IMG/VR virus record: IMGVR_UViG_3300042348_000780
Origin: a virus
Strand: one strand, 5' to 3'
DNA length: 64,000 nt
Shown: positions 50,416 through 60,015 of the stretch, one piece after another
Layout: the number at the start of each line of letters is the position of its first letter
Numbering within the stretch: position 1 is the first letter of the stretch
Position numbers and translations under genes: made by a program
The notes under the pieces: model-generated
Databases searched by the model: none
Seen by the model: the letters and a program-made list of their open reading frames with translations, nothing else
What the model was told of the DNA's origin: nothing

Positions 50416-50766
50416 TCACTTCCAGGGTATTTCGGCTACAAATTTAAAGCCATGGTGTGATTTTCTTTTACCCGCTATACACTCATACATAGCAGCTCTT
50501 TTTAGTTTATTTTTCTTACAAAATTCATACATGTTATCGACTGTGTATAAGACACCATTTTTATCCTCTATGATGAATTTACGTCTTCTTTCAAGACGAG
50601 TTATTTCTTTCCATCTAAAACAATTATATTTTTCTTTTACAAATTCTCCACCAAATTGTTGAATAAATCTTTCACGAAATAATCTTGATTTAGAATTGTC
50701 ATTACAATAAACCCATGTTGGAGAATATTTACGATTTATATCTTCTTTTTTAAATGGAATCATCAA
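50416..50766 (-). CDS. NUMOD-like DNA-binding protein
   Basis: N..EFCK.N.L....Y....GKRKSHHGFK motif. Confidence 0.55.
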   Translation of the reverse strand: MMIPFKKEDINRKYSPTWVYCNDNSKSRLFRERFIQQFGGEFVKEKYNCFRWKEITRLERRRKFIIEDKNGVLYTVDNMYEFCKKNKLKRAAMYECIAGKRKSHHGFKFVAEIPWK

Positions 50767-51421
50767 AATTATCCTTATAATATTTCTTTACACAGTCTGC
50801 CAATCTTTTCAAATATTTAGATGCCTTCTCTTCAAAGATTTGCAGTTCACCCGTTTCTGTTGCAATTAAAATAACTATATCTTTAATCTTTTTATTTGTG
50901 CGTTCTTCCCATAATAAGGAATATGCAGTTGCTTGCATAAAATAATTATCAATATCATCCTTATATTTTGGTTTAGTAGAACCCTTAAAATCTATGATAC
51001 ATGTCTTACCATTATATTTTGCTATACAGTCAACTCTACCAGCCAATCCTGTTCGTTCTCCCCACAACATTGTCTCTAAAGCATAGACTTCTTCTATCTT
51101 ATCGATCTCTGGTTTTAATTGTTCAAATAATTTTAATTCTGTTTCTGAAATTTCAGATAAATCTAATTGTTCATTAAGTAGATATTTTTCTGCTAAAGAA
51201 TGTATTGTGTTTCCTCTAGCACAGACTCTATTTGATTCTTGAATATTATTTTTTCTCCAAGAAGCAAAGAAGGCACGCTTTTCCCATCCAGTTACTGTTG
51301 TAACAGATGGAAGCATACCTTCTGGAGTAGAATAGAATCGTCTTCCATCCTCTTCTACTTTGCTTATCTCTTCAGTTGGATTATATAAAAAGTTATGTTT
51401 AAAATTACCACAAATAATCAT
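50750..51421 (-). CDS. PD-(D/E)xK exonuclease (T4-like cyanophage exonuclease type)
   Basis: PSVTTV, RGN.IH, AGRVDCIA, IIDFK, YFMQATAY. Confidence 0.85.
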   Translation of the reverse strand: MIICGNFKHNFLYNPTEEISKVEEDGRRFYSTPEGMLPSVTTVTGWEKRAFFASWRKNNIQESNRVCARGNTIHSLAEKYLLNEQLDLSEISETELKLFEQLKPEIDKIEEVYALETMLWGERTGLAGRVDCIAKYNGKTCIIDFKGSTKPKYKDDIDNYFMQATAYSLLWEERTNKKIKDIVILIATETGELQIFEEKASKYLKRLADCVKKYYKDNFDDSI

Positions 51422-52008
51422 TATTCACCAGATATTTCACTTCTCATTTTATTTATCTCAGTTTTATGAGGTTCTTTATTCAGTAATGATAAAACTCTTT
51501 TACGAATGAGTTTTACATTCTCGGTTAATTCTTCTTTATTTGATGAAAATGGATCATATGAGGCGGCTATAGGCATTCTTTGAAATCCACCAACCATTGA
51601 TCTCAAAGGACTTACTTGTGGGGATGCAAATGGTACACCAGCACTTCTTGTTCTTGCTGACTGAACTGTGTTTGTTGCATAACCCATTGCTGCCATTTGT
51701 GTTGGAGTTAGCGAACCACTAAAACTAGCTAGAGGTGATGCTTGTGTTGATGCTGCTGCTTTTGGAGTCTGCAATGTATTTAATCTTATTTTTTTAACGT
51801 CGTCTTGTGTTGGCTTTGATTCAATAGATGAACTGCCAGTATCGGATGTTGTATCTGGATATGTTAATTCATTTTCTTCATCTTCATCTTCATCATTTTT
51901 TTCTTTTTGAGAAGTATTTTTCTTTTCATTTAATGAAGATTTAGATTGTTTTATATTCTCTTGAAGTGATATGAAATTAATAAATTCTGATAGATCTTCG
52001 TTTTCCAT
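51421..52008 (-). CDS. Hypothetical low-complexity protein
   Basis: Coupled ORF. Confidence 0.55.
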   Translation of the reverse strand: MENEDLSEFINFISLQENIKQSKSSLNEKKNTSQKEKNDEDEDEENELTYPDTTSDTGSSSIESKPTQDDVKKIRLNTLQTPKAAASTQASPLASFSGSLTPTQMAAMGYATNTVQSARTRSAGVPFASPQVSPLRSMVGGFQRMPIAASYDPFSSNKEELTENVKLIRKRVLSLLNKEPHKTEINKMRSEISGE

Positions 52009-52565
52009 TACGTTCCCCTAAATTTTGCTCGAAAGCCTCCAAGCATTGCTTGAAGCGATGATGGTGTAGCAATAGAACCAGCTAAAGTAACTGGTGGTCT
52101 ATTGGTTGGATTTATAGATCTAACTGCCTCTGGTGTTGTTCCCATAGAACTTGCAGATTGTGGTCTAATAGTTTCAACATCGGACACTCCAGGATCTACT
52201 GGTAGTGCTTCATCTTGCGTTTGATTATTCGCCCCAGATCCATTCATGGCTCGACCAGCCACTGCTTGTGCTACACCACCTACTGTGGCCCTTCCAATTG
52301 GTGTACGTCCAAATGTTCTTGATCTAGTAAGAATATTTCCTACTTTTGCTTTAACTGCTGTTTGAGCCGTTCCCATAGCGGCACGAGATGAAGCAGCACT
52401 TCTACCAGCAGCACTTGCTGCTGATGATGCAGTCCTAGAAAGAACTCCTCCTCCTGCTCTTACTACACTTGGTACTAACCGTGCAGCAGCAGCAAGTAAA
52501 GGAGCAATGAACTCATCTAATTGTTCTTGTTCTGCGAGATATGTTTTGAATGATTTTAATTCCAT
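52008..52565 (-). CDS. Putative head-internal Ala/Gly-rich protein
   Basis: LKSFKTYLAEQEQLDE targeting/cleavage-like N-terminus. Confidence 0.55.
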   Translation of the reverse strand: MELKSFKTYLAEQEQLDEFIAPLLAAAARLVPSVVRAGGGVLSRTASSAASAAGRSAASSRAAMGTAQTAVKAKVGNILTRSRTFGRTPIGRATVGGVAQAVAGRAMNGSGANNQTQDEALPVDPGVSDVETIRPQSASSMGTTPEAVRSINPTNRPPVTLAGSIATPSSLQAMLGGFRAKFRGT

Positions 52566-52852
52566 TTTTTACCCGATCTATTTGATGCGATATCAAGATT
52601 TTTATGAAATCGCTTTGGCATACCTTTTTTCATTCTATTCATAAGTTGATTCCATTGACCGCCTGTTTTTTTATTAGGTGTCATGTTAATATCAGAAGCA
52701 ACGCCTTGAACAAATCCAGTATAATTTCTTACAATTTTATGTTCTGTGCATTTTTCACATGCTTCAGATAGTGGTTTCTCTCTGTCGTCAATAGAACAAA
52801 AACGATCAAATTCATGATTACAATTTTGACAGATATATCCGTAATTAGGCAT
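52556..52852 (-). CDS. FmdB-family zinc-ribbon protein
   Basis: MPNYGYICQNC.HEF...CEKC. Confidence 0.75.
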   Translation of the reverse strand: MPNYGYICQNCNHEFDRFCSIDDREKPLSEACEKCTEHKIVRNYTGFVQGVASDINMTPNKKTGGQWNQLMNRMKKGMPKRFHKNLDIASNRSGKKWN

Positions 52853-52950
52853 CTTTTTTCTTTCCAAATGTTCTTTTCACATTTACAACTCTTCTTGGTT
52901 GAAATTTAGAAGTTGGTTTTGGTGTTTCTTTTTTAGTTTCTTTTTTCATT

Positions 52951-53760
52951 TTATTTTCCGTAATAAAAATTATGTATAGTATCTACATACCATTTTTTTG
53001 GTTCTTCTTTTGACCCTATCCCAACATTCCAGTGTTTAGTGAATCTATACAAATCATCTTTTGATAATGGTTTATGAATATCAATACCTAATTCATCACC
53101 TTTTGCTTTAATAACCTTAAGTATTAATTCTGTGTGTTTATCAGCATGTTCTTCACCACCAAGATCACCCATTCCATTAAACCCATATGTTGGATGTTTT
53201 TTACCGTGGGTCAAAAGTTTTTTTCCTTGTTGAAGAAATTTAGTAACAAATTCACTTTTTTCAATTTTACCTTGATTAACAAATCCTTCCACAGTTGATC
53301 TTGTTAATTGTGCTGGACCATAAGCAGATGAATTAGTAGATACTCTGTTTCTAACATGAATTTTAGGATCATACGCATATGGATCTTTTCCGACTACTCC
53401 ACGATGTTCAGCAGATACAATCGCACCATAAAGTCTTTTCGCATGTTCAGAACCATAATCAAATTCTTTTGCCTTTTCATTTGTGGTCTGTGGAGCTTTT
53501 TGAGTAACTTTTTGTTGTGTATTTGTTGTCTGCTGAGTATTTACAGGTTTTTGTTGTTGAACTGTAGATGTTGTAGGTTGTGTTGGAACACTAGGTTGAA
53601 CAATTGGCTCCTGTGGTGCAAATCTACCAATACCAAGAGCCTTTGCACCAGCTGCCATACCACTTACAAGACTACCACCTACGATCACACCAGTAGCAAG
53701 ACCTTTTGCAAGTGACTTAAGATCAACCTCTGCGATATATTTCTTATCTTCAACAATCAT
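52951..53760 (-). CDS. Lysozyme/transglycosylase-like protein with N-terminal hydrophobic helix
   Basis: AIVSAE...SSAYGPAQLT...HWNVG...WYV pattern. Confidence 0.5.
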   Translation of the reverse strand: MIVEDKKYIAEVDLKSLAKGLATGVIVGGSLVSGMAAGAKALGIGRFAPQEPIVQPSVPTQPTTSTVQQQKPVNTQQTTNTQQKVTQKAPQTTNEKAKEFDYGSEHAKRLYGAIVSAEHRGVVGKDPYAYDPKIHVRNRVSTNSSAYGPAQLTRSTVEGFVNQGKIEKSEFVTKFLQQGKKLLTHGKKHPTYGFNGMGDLGGEEHADKHTELILKVIKAKGDELGIDIHKPLSKDDLYRFTKHWNVGIGSKEEPKKWYVDTIHNFYYGK

Positions 53761-53917
53761 TCAGATTTCTTTCTTTATATTTTCTACACTTATGTGATGT
53801 GCATTTTTGAATAAGTGGATCACCAGATTTATTTAATCCAGATCTTAAATATTTGTTAACAGTCAACTTCTTTTCTCTTTTAAGACAGCGAAATAATTTA
53901 TCCTCAAAGTGATTCAT
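53750..53917 (-). CDS. Small hypothetical protein
   Basis: SD GGAGG before MNHFEDKLF. Confidence 0.4.
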   Translation of the reverse strand: MNHFEDKLFRCLKREKKLTVNKYLRSGLNKSGDPLIQKCTSHKCRKYKERNLNDC

Positions 53918-53994
53918 GATAACCTCCAGATAAAACATCATCAGGATCTTCTGGTATTTCGTATGGACCTTGCAGACCATCGATGTTCATGTAA

Positions 53995-54234
53995 TTATTT
54001 ATTTGGCTTTGTATTTACATTACGATCTAAGGTGGTATATCCTAATTTTTTTGCTGCTTGTTCAGGATGATCACCACGATCCATCATTTTATCATGCTGA
54101 TCTTGTATATGTTGAGGTGCAGTAGATATATGAGGTCTATCAGTTTCCTCAGTTATTTTTTTGATGGGATTTACATTTCTCTTTCCCTTCAATTGTCTCA
54201 ACTTATCGATAATCTGTTTAGCTTTTATTCTCAT
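53995..54234 (-). CDS. Small basic hypothetical protein
   Basis: Divergent from late promoter 54247. Confidence 0.5.
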   Translation of the reverse strand: MRIKAKQIIDKLRQLKGKRNVNPIKKITEETDRPHISTAPQHIQDQHDKMMDRGDHPEQAAKKLGYTTLDRNVNTKPNK

Positions 54235-54259
54235 ATTTCTATTTATTATAAATATTTTT

Positions 54260-54403
54260 ATGAAATTTAAGAAATTATTATCTAAAATTCACGAACAGAG
54301 TGGATCTGGAAATGCAGTAAATATTTTGCGTCATGTAGAAACATTACGAAATAGAATAAAAAGACCTTCACCTAATACTAAACCATATTCAGCTAAAACG
54401 TAA
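54260..54403 (+). CDS. Small basic late protein
   Basis: TATAAATA 54247; MKFKKLLSKIHE. Confidence 0.45.
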   Translation: MKFKKLLSKIHEQSGSGNAVNILRHVETLRNRIKRPSPNTKPYSAKT

Positions 54404-54432
54404 TAAGAGGGCGATTACTCGCCCTCTTATTA
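54401..54432. terminator. Bidirectional terminator
   Basis: taataagagggcga-ttac-tcgccctcttatta. Confidence 0.75.
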
Positions 54433-54822
54433 AGCCACTTCTTCTGGCTTTCGATTCCTAAGTTGATAATCTAGCCAGTAGTCCTTCCAATCCTTTCGAG
54501 ATGTCCTCTTGTAAGGATATTTAATATCGTTAATTTCAAGGAAAGAATCATCTACATCATGAAGATGGCAGTAATGTGATGGTCGCACATCACGTGGATC
54601 GTTATACATTCGTGTCTTTGCATCACCATGTTGTGATGTTTTAATCAACTTTAAAGTTCCAGGAAGAGTATTAATATTAAAATAATACTTGATAATATCA
54701 GAATCTGAAAGATTCTGCCACCAAGATACAAACTGTTCTTCAGTCATACCTGGCTTCCAATTATATGTGCGATATCCATATTCTTCGTTAAGAAAGATTT
54801 GTAGTTCGTTATTCATAATCAA
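54430..54822 (-). CDS. Hypothetical protein
   Basis: ORF in minus-strand run. Confidence 0.55.
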   Translation of the reverse strand: MIMNNELQIFLNEEYGYRTYNWKPGMTEEQFVSWWQNLSDSDIIKYYFNINTLPGTLKLIKTSQHGDAKTRMYNDPRDVRPSHYCHLHDVDDSFLEINDIKYPYKRTSRKDWKDYWLDYQLRNRKPEEVA

Positions 54823-55021
54823 ATGTTGTAATAATTTTTTTTAAAAAGTCAATTTCTTCATCAGAAAACATTGTATTGTCATGTGTCTTCAATAAGTTTT
54901 CTGCTATAATAAATGCCCTGCTATAAATTTCATTAGACTGAGATGATTTTCCCTGATCTGCCAATTCGTATGATTTTTGAATTAAATCATGTACGGTATT
55001 GATTCGATCAGATATCATCAT
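54809..55021 (-). CDS. Hypothetical protein
   Basis: ORF in minus-strand run. Confidence 0.45.
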   Translation of the reverse strand: MMISDRINTVHDLIQKSYELADQGKSSQSNEIYSRAFIIAENLLKTHDNTMFSDEEIDFLKKIITTFDYE

Positions 55022-55033
55022 TATTGGTATCCA

Positions 55034-55288
55034 TCAATAGAAGTGTTGGATGAAACGGGTCTTACTGTTTTGGTAAACAAAGATGTCCTCAATTTCATCG
55101 TCTTCACTGGGGAGATCTTCGAATTCTTCGTCAAAGTCGTATTCAGTTTCTTCATCCACCCGTGGTTTAGGGTTTTTGTTTGGATCTTCATCAGTAATTC
55201 CTTGAGTAATAATAAAAATTGATTCTGAGTCTGACATTTTTACTCCGTAGTCATATTTATGAAATTTTTGTTTTATGATACTCATCAT
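55034..55288 (-). CDS. Acidic hypothetical protein
   Basis: Asp/Glu-rich; true start may be the internal MSDSES. Confidence 0.45.
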   Translation of the reverse strand: MMSIIKQKFHKYDYGVKMSDSESIFIITQGITDEDPNKNPKPRVDEETEYDFDEEFEDLPSEDDEIEDIFVYQNSKTRFIQHFY

Positions 55289-55544
55289 AAATTTTTTGAT
55301 TGATTCCCCTCAACATGCACATTTCTTTAAATGTTGAATTCTTTCTTTCGATTTTTGTATCAATACTTGTTAGTTGGTTATAGTAATGATCTGTGATTTG
55401 ATATGAGAATGTTCCATCTGTATCTACAAATACATCTAGAACATTATCCTTTAACATTAGTTCAATTTCTCTTTCCATCTCAACGATGTTATAAATTGTT
55501 TGAACATAATACGCTACGTTTGTAAAGTTAGGTGTATTTTCCAT
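55257..55544 (-). CDS. Hypothetical protein
   Basis: ORF in minus-strand run. Confidence 0.5.
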   Translation of the reverse strand: MENTPNFTNVAYYVQTIYNIVEMEREIELMLKDNVLDVFVDTDGTFSYQITDHYYNQLTSIDTKIERKNSTFKEMCMLRGINQKIYDEYHKTKIS

Positions 55545-55577
55545 AGGTCACAACCTTGTCACATGAATTCAAACCTG

Positions 55578-56198
55578 TCACACATTCCATACAAAACTGT
55601 CACAAATTTTTTGAAGCCCCGTCACATGTATGTCAGTGATCATCTTATCATTTTTCTTTGCTGCGTAATGTTTCCAATTTGCTCTTGCATATGACGCTGG
55701 TAAAAACTTCATTCTCAAAATTTTTGATTGGATAAGCTTTTGTGGTAGTGTAGTATAGTCTTCATCATAAAAACGGTCAACAAAAATTTCTAAAATTTGA
55801 TCAGTATTGTTAAATGAAAAATATTGCACAGCAATTCTTCGATCAAAATTAATTTGTTTTGAGATTACAACATTATCTTTGTATTTTCTCAAGATAGGAA
55901 TTTTAAATTCAGTATAATCAGATGACATGTAGAAAGGATTGTCCTGTCTCACAACATATCTAAGACCGTCATATAATTTCAGTCTGTTGATTTCGCTTTT
56001 TACATTTTCTGATAATATATTGTACTTCACATACCATCTCTGTTCTATTGAGTCAAAAAGACTCCCAAAACCCTTTACAAAAGTCCTATAATTTATTGAT
56101 AATTTGTTACGAAATGGTATATGCAAATAAACATCATCAATGTCATTATAACTCATTTCGGGAGTCACACGATTAAGTGGTAATAACTCATTTGCCAT
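55578..56198 (-). CDS. Hypothetical protein (YL.IPF....VK..G..FD....WY N-terminal domain)
   Basis: Motif resembles DUF5710-type domain. Confidence 0.5.
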   Translation of the reverse strand: MANELLPLNRVTPEMSYNDIDDVYLHIPFRNKLSINYRTFVKGFGSLFDSIEQRWYVKYNILSENVKSEINRLKLYDGLRYVVRQDNPFYMSSDYTEFKIPILRKYKDNVVISKQINFDRRIAVQYFSFNNTDQILEIFVDRFYDEDYTTLPQKLIQSKILRMKFLPASYARANWKHYAAKKNDKMITDIHVTGLQKICDSFVWNV

Positions 56199-56276
56199 AC
56201 TATCAACTTCCTCACGTCCTATAACTAACTATCAACAAATACTATCAACTTTGGCAAAAAAAAGAGGACACTCGCA

Positions 56277-56501
56277 TCAAACGATGCGAATGCCTCCGTT
56301 GCGACCGCGAGTGAAAGTAATCCGTGATCCGAAATGATCGACAAGAATCTTTCGCATTTCGTTGGTCGTGACACCAAACTGTTTTGAGAGTGAAAGAACC
56401 GTAACCTTTTCACCCGAATTGAAACGATTTTCTGCATCAACGCAAATCGACTTGTACTGATCTGTGTTGAGATTGCCACTAACGACTGTGTTGTTGTTCA
56501 T
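56277..56501 (-). CDS. Small winged-helix-like protein (paralog of 60117)
   Basis: VT..SLS.....E.RK.L...FGSRI.F.RGRNGGI; leaderless promoter 56508-56536. Confidence 0.6.
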   Translation of the reverse strand: MNNNTVVSGNLNTDQYKSICVDAENRFNSGEKVTVLSLSKQFGVTTNEMRKILVDHFGSRITFTRGRNGGIRIV

Positions 56502-56507
56502 GCTCAT

Positions 56508-56536
56508 ATTGTACTTCCTTTCTCTCTTGCTGTCAA
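56508..56536 (-). promoter_or_regulatory. Sigma70-type early promoter (leaderless)
   Basis: TTGACA-17-TACAAT-ATGAGC-ATG. Confidence 0.8.
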
Positions 56537-56537
56537 T

Positions 56538-56566
56538 GGGGAGGGTAAGACCACCTTACCCTCCCC
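56538..56566 (-). terminator. Strong hairpin after the AAA gene
   Basis: ggggagggtaag-accac-cttaccctcccc. Confidence 0.6.
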
Positions 56567-56575
56567 GACGTTTAC

Positions 56576-57751
56576 TCAGAACGGTGGTTCATTTGGATCG
56601 ACTGCGGTAGCGGGTGCTGTGTTCTTGTTCACAGGAGGATTGACAGTCTCATCAATCTTCGTGTAGAGGGAATAGAACCCGTCCTGCGTGTCACGATCGA
56701 ATCGTGCGAGTGCCATCTGCACAGACTTTGGCTTGTCCTTGAACACGGAGTATGCCTTGACGATGTTCAGCAGACGACGAGTAGACACGATCTCATCAAC
56801 CGCACCCTCATTGAATGACTTGCGGATCATCTCTGCCCAAGTCACAAGGTTGTCAGCGAACTGGTGATCGTCAATTCCATACTTGGAGAGTGCCTTGACG
56901 ATGATCTTCTTCTCAGTACTCTTCGGTGCGTAGGACTGTTCGTAGGTGTAATCGAAACGATCAAGGAATGCCTCGTTCATCACGTTCGTGCCGATGAATC
57001 GACCATCGTCAGAACCCTTGCCCTTGGTGTTTGCCGTTGCCACCACACAGAAGCCCTTGGCAGGAGTCACCCAAACATTCTGCTTCTTGACATACACACC
57101 CTTTCCCTCAAGGACGCTTTGGAGGCACATGATCTTCTCCGTGCCAAGGTCAACCTCGTCAAGCAAAAGAACCGCACCACGCTTCATGGCCTCGACAACA
57201 GGGCCATCCTGCCACACGGTGCTTCCATTCACAAGACGCATACCACCGATCAGATCATCCTCATCGGTCGTTCCGATGATGTTGACGCGGTAGCACTCTC
57301 GCTTCAACTTCGCACAAATCTGTTCGATCATGGTTGTCTTGCCGTTGCCCGACATACCAGTAAGGTAGATCGTGAAGAAATCCTTGGACGAGAGAAGACG
57401 GTGAATGTCCTCGTAGTGACCCCATGCGACATACTCAGGGTTTACGTCGGGGACGAGGGAGGTGCGATCACCCATCGTCATGCCAAGGACTGCTGATGCC
57501 ATATTGAGCGTTGTCGTGGAAGTTTCAATCATTGTGTTTTCCTTTGTTTCAATCATTGTATCAGAAATCTCAGGGATGTGGTAGACACCGTGAGAGATTT
57601 TTCGATCTTTTTCAAGACACCACGATGGTGGATTTGAGAGGCCAATCATGTTCGCCGCACGAATAAGTTCTGCACGGCTGACAGAGGTGGTCTTGATGCC
57701 GTTGGTGCGAAGGCTGTCGATAAATTTTTGTTGTTCCGTGGTGAGGTTCAT
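56576..57751 (-). CDS. MoxR/CbbQ/CobS-like AAA+ ATPase
   Basis: GMSGNGKT, LLLDEVD, ATANTKG.G, NEAFLDRF, STRRL. Confidence 0.9.
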   Translation of the reverse strand: MNLTTEQQKFIDSLRTNGIKTTSVSRAELIRAANMIGLSNPPSWCLEKDRKISHGVYHIPEISDTMIETKENTMIETSTTTLNMASAVLGMTMGDRTSLVPDVNPEYVAWGHYEDIHRLLSSKDFFTIYLTGMSGNGKTTMIEQICAKLKRECYRVNIIGTTDEDDLIGGMRLVNGSTVWQDGPVVEAMKRGAVLLLDEVDLGTEKIMCLQSVLEGKGVYVKKQNVWVTPAKGFCVVATANTKGKGSDDGRFIGTNVMNEAFLDRFDYTYEQSYAPKSTEKKIIVKALSKYGIDDHQFADNLVTWAEMIRKSFNEGAVDEIVSTRRLLNIVKAYSVFKDKPKSVQMALARFDRDTQDGFYSLYTKIDETVNPPVNKNTAPATAVDPNEPPF

Positions 57752-57757
57752 ACGCAT

Positions 57758-57786
57758 ATTATATCAATGACCATGAAAGAAATCAA
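57758..57786 (-). promoter_or_regulatory. Sigma70-type early promoter (leaderless)
   Basis: TTGATT-17-TATAAT-6 nt-ATG (57751). Confidence 0.75.
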
Positions 57787-57915
57787 TGCACATGGAATGA
57801 TTTCCAAAAATTTTCATAGATACTTGTATGACCAACAAACAAAATGAAAATAAAAATTCACGGCAAGTCAAGAAGACTACCGTGAATTTTATGAAACCTT
57901 ATCAGAAGAGAAAGT

Positions 57916-60009
57916 TTACTCGACCGCGATCAGGTCGATGAATCGGTTGAGCATGACGCGGGATGATGTACGCTTATCCATCGTCTTGATGAACGCATTC
58001 CGAATACCGACGTTCGACTTCTTATCGGAAAGAATTTCGTCAAGATCATCATCCTCAATCGAAGCATTTCCCTGAATGATGAAGAGTTCGTCATGTCCGT
58101 GGCATGACTTGTCTGCAACCGCAAAACCTTCCTTGTCGTAGGTACTCTTTGCCTTTTCAAGTACTTGATTGTTCTTGAAAAATCGCGTGGTTACGTTGTT
58201 CGACATTCCACCACGTCGGCGTGAGTCGAGGAAGATACCGATGCTGCGGCATCCAGTAATGTCGGAGAATGCCGTATAGAGTGCGTCGGTGGATGATGTA
58301 CCCTCCATCACCTGATACGTCTTCTTGCCGACAATGATGAAAGACTTCATGTAGGCCGATGAGCCACAGATGCTTGAACCAGTTGTTTCCCCGTCAGTAA
58401 GGAACACCGTATGAACAATGTCCAAGTTGTTATCCTGCTTGAACTTGGGGACAATCTTCATGGCGGCGACGACCGCCTCATTGAGTGGGGTTGATGACAA
58501 CTCCATCTGTGGAGGAATGCTGTAGTTGTACTGGCTTCGTCGTGAGTATCCGTTGATCTGCACAAACAGATTTCGCATCATCGTGTTGAAGTCAACACCA
58601 TTCATCCGTGATGAAAGAATATTCAACAGACTGAAGTTGTTGAAACCCATCTTGGAACCCTTCATGTCTGATGGATACTCAAAGTCAGACTTGTTGTTGT
58701 CAAGTTCTGCGAAACGAGATGTGAAAGCGTAAACCTCATACGGAATGTTCAATCGCTTGCAGAACAGAACAATCTGAAAGAGTTGCTTCAGCGTATCCTC
58801 AAGGCATACTGCCATGCTGCCTGACCAATCCATGAAGAAGACAAGACCGTGAGACTTTCCCTTCTTCATCGTCGTTTGACGCATGAAGATATCATCCGTG
58901 AAATGGAAGTTCATCATGCGTACCGTGTCAATTACGCCTGTCTTGTTCACCGACAAACGGAAACTGTCACGGGCCGCTTTCTTTGTCATGAACTGCTTGC
59001 ACAGAATGTTCACAGCGGCCTTTGACTTGTTCGCAAACTCTTGGTAGTCCTTGTTTGCCATGTCATAGGCATCACGATGACGAGTGTCGTAACCGTGATA
59101 ATAACGCATCACACCCTTGTAGTCAACGATAACATTGTTCTTCAACGATGGAATCGTTTGGTAAAAATAATTATCGTATGTGTTGGATGCCATTTTGCGA
59201 AGGTGGCTCTCAAGGATCTGCTGTGTCGAGCATTGATCAGGGAGAATACCCTGATTGCTGTATCCATCAAGGCGATTTTCGCTGTTCTTGTTTTCCGATT
59301 CCTCTCCCTTCACAGAGGTGGCATTACCCGTACCATTGCCAAAACCGACAGCGGTCTTTCCACCCTCTCCATCCTCACGGCTGTCACGCTTCTTGTCCTT
59401 GCAGTATTCCCAAATTTTCTTGGTCACGGCAATGACTTGCTCAAAGGTACGAGCCTGATCAATCTCTTCGATGAATGGCATCTCCTCATCGGAGAACTTG
59501 ATGAAGTTGTGTCGGTATGTGCCAACCTTGTAGTGAAGGTTGATTCGGTCGATGAATCCCATCTTGGACACATCCTTACCACGAATCTCGAAGAAATCAC
59601 GTTCATCAAGATCCTTGTAACCGATGTAGAAGTCGCGTCGAAGACCTCCGAACTTCTCCTTCATCAACTTTTCGATACGGGCATCCTCAACCACGTTGAG
59701 GTATCCCATAGCATGGTTTGCGTGTTCCTCACCACCAATTTCCACGGCTGCTGCCATTGGCTTGCCATTCTTGATGGACTCCTCATCCTTCTCCGTATAT
59801 GGAGTGTAAAGAGCATGACCAACCTCATGCCCCACGATCATGTCGTAGAGTTCGTTGGACATCTCACCAAGCACGGGAAGCGTGAGAACACGATTGCGAA
59901 CGTCGAATGACGCTGTGCGAGCCTTGTTGTCATGGATCACGGTGATATTCTCAGAAGCGAGAAGCCTTGACAGAACGGACTTGGATTGCTTGTTCGTTTG
60001 CGTGTGCAT
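57916..60009 (-). CDS. Zincin-like metallopeptidase plus vWA (CobT-like) protein
   Basis: HEVGHAL, NVVEDARIE, MIDAS DWSGSM, TPL, LTDGE; start reassigned to 60009. Confidence 0.88.
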   Translation of the reverse strand: MHTQTNKQSKSVLSRLLASENITVIHDNKARTASFDVRNRVLTLPVLGEMSNELYDMIVGHEVGHALYTPYTEKDEESIKNGKPMAAAVEIGGEEHANHAMGYLNVVEDARIEKLMKEKFGGLRRDFYIGYKDLDERDFFEIRGKDVSKMGFIDRINLHYKVGTYRHNFIKFSDEEMPFIEEIDQARTFEQVIAVTKKIWEYCKDKKRDSREDGEGGKTAVGFGNGTGNATSVKGEESENKNSENRLDGYSNQGILPDQCSTQQILESHLRKMASNTYDNYFYQTIPSLKNNVIVDYKGVMRYYHGYDTRHRDAYDMANKDYQEFANKSKAAVNILCKQFMTKKAARDSFRLSVNKTGVIDTVRMMNFHFTDDIFMRQTTMKKGKSHGLVFFMDWSGSMAVCLEDTLKQLFQIVLFCKRLNIPYEVYAFTSRFAELDNNKSDFEYPSDMKGSKMGFNNFSLLNILSSRMNGVDFNTMMRNLFVQINGYSRRSQYNYSIPPQMELSSTPLNEAVVAAMKIVPKFKQDNNLDIVHTVFLTDGETTGSSICGSSAYMKSFIIVGKKTYQVMEGTSSTDALYTAFSDITGCRSIGIFLDSRRRGGMSNNVTTRFFKNNQVLEKAKSTYDKEGFAVADKSCHGHDELFIIQGNASIEDDDLDEILSDKKSNVGIRNAFIKTMDKRTSSRVMLNRFIDLIAVE

Positions 60010-60015
60010 GAGGTC

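Noticed and set aside
50750-51421. Cas4 / CRISPR adaptation gene
   Set aside because: Lacks the four-Cys Fe-S pattern; matches the ordinary T4-like PD-(D/E)xK exonuclease
56864-59910. Long plus-strand ORFs 56864-57496 and 59041-59910
   Set aside because: Antisense shadows of the GC-richer AAA and vWA genes, without motifs
56576-60009. Cobalamin biosynthesis (cobS/cobT) auxiliary genes
   Set aside because: No cobN; the peptidase-vWA fusion fits the generic phage MoxR-vWA system despite the B12-dependent RNR
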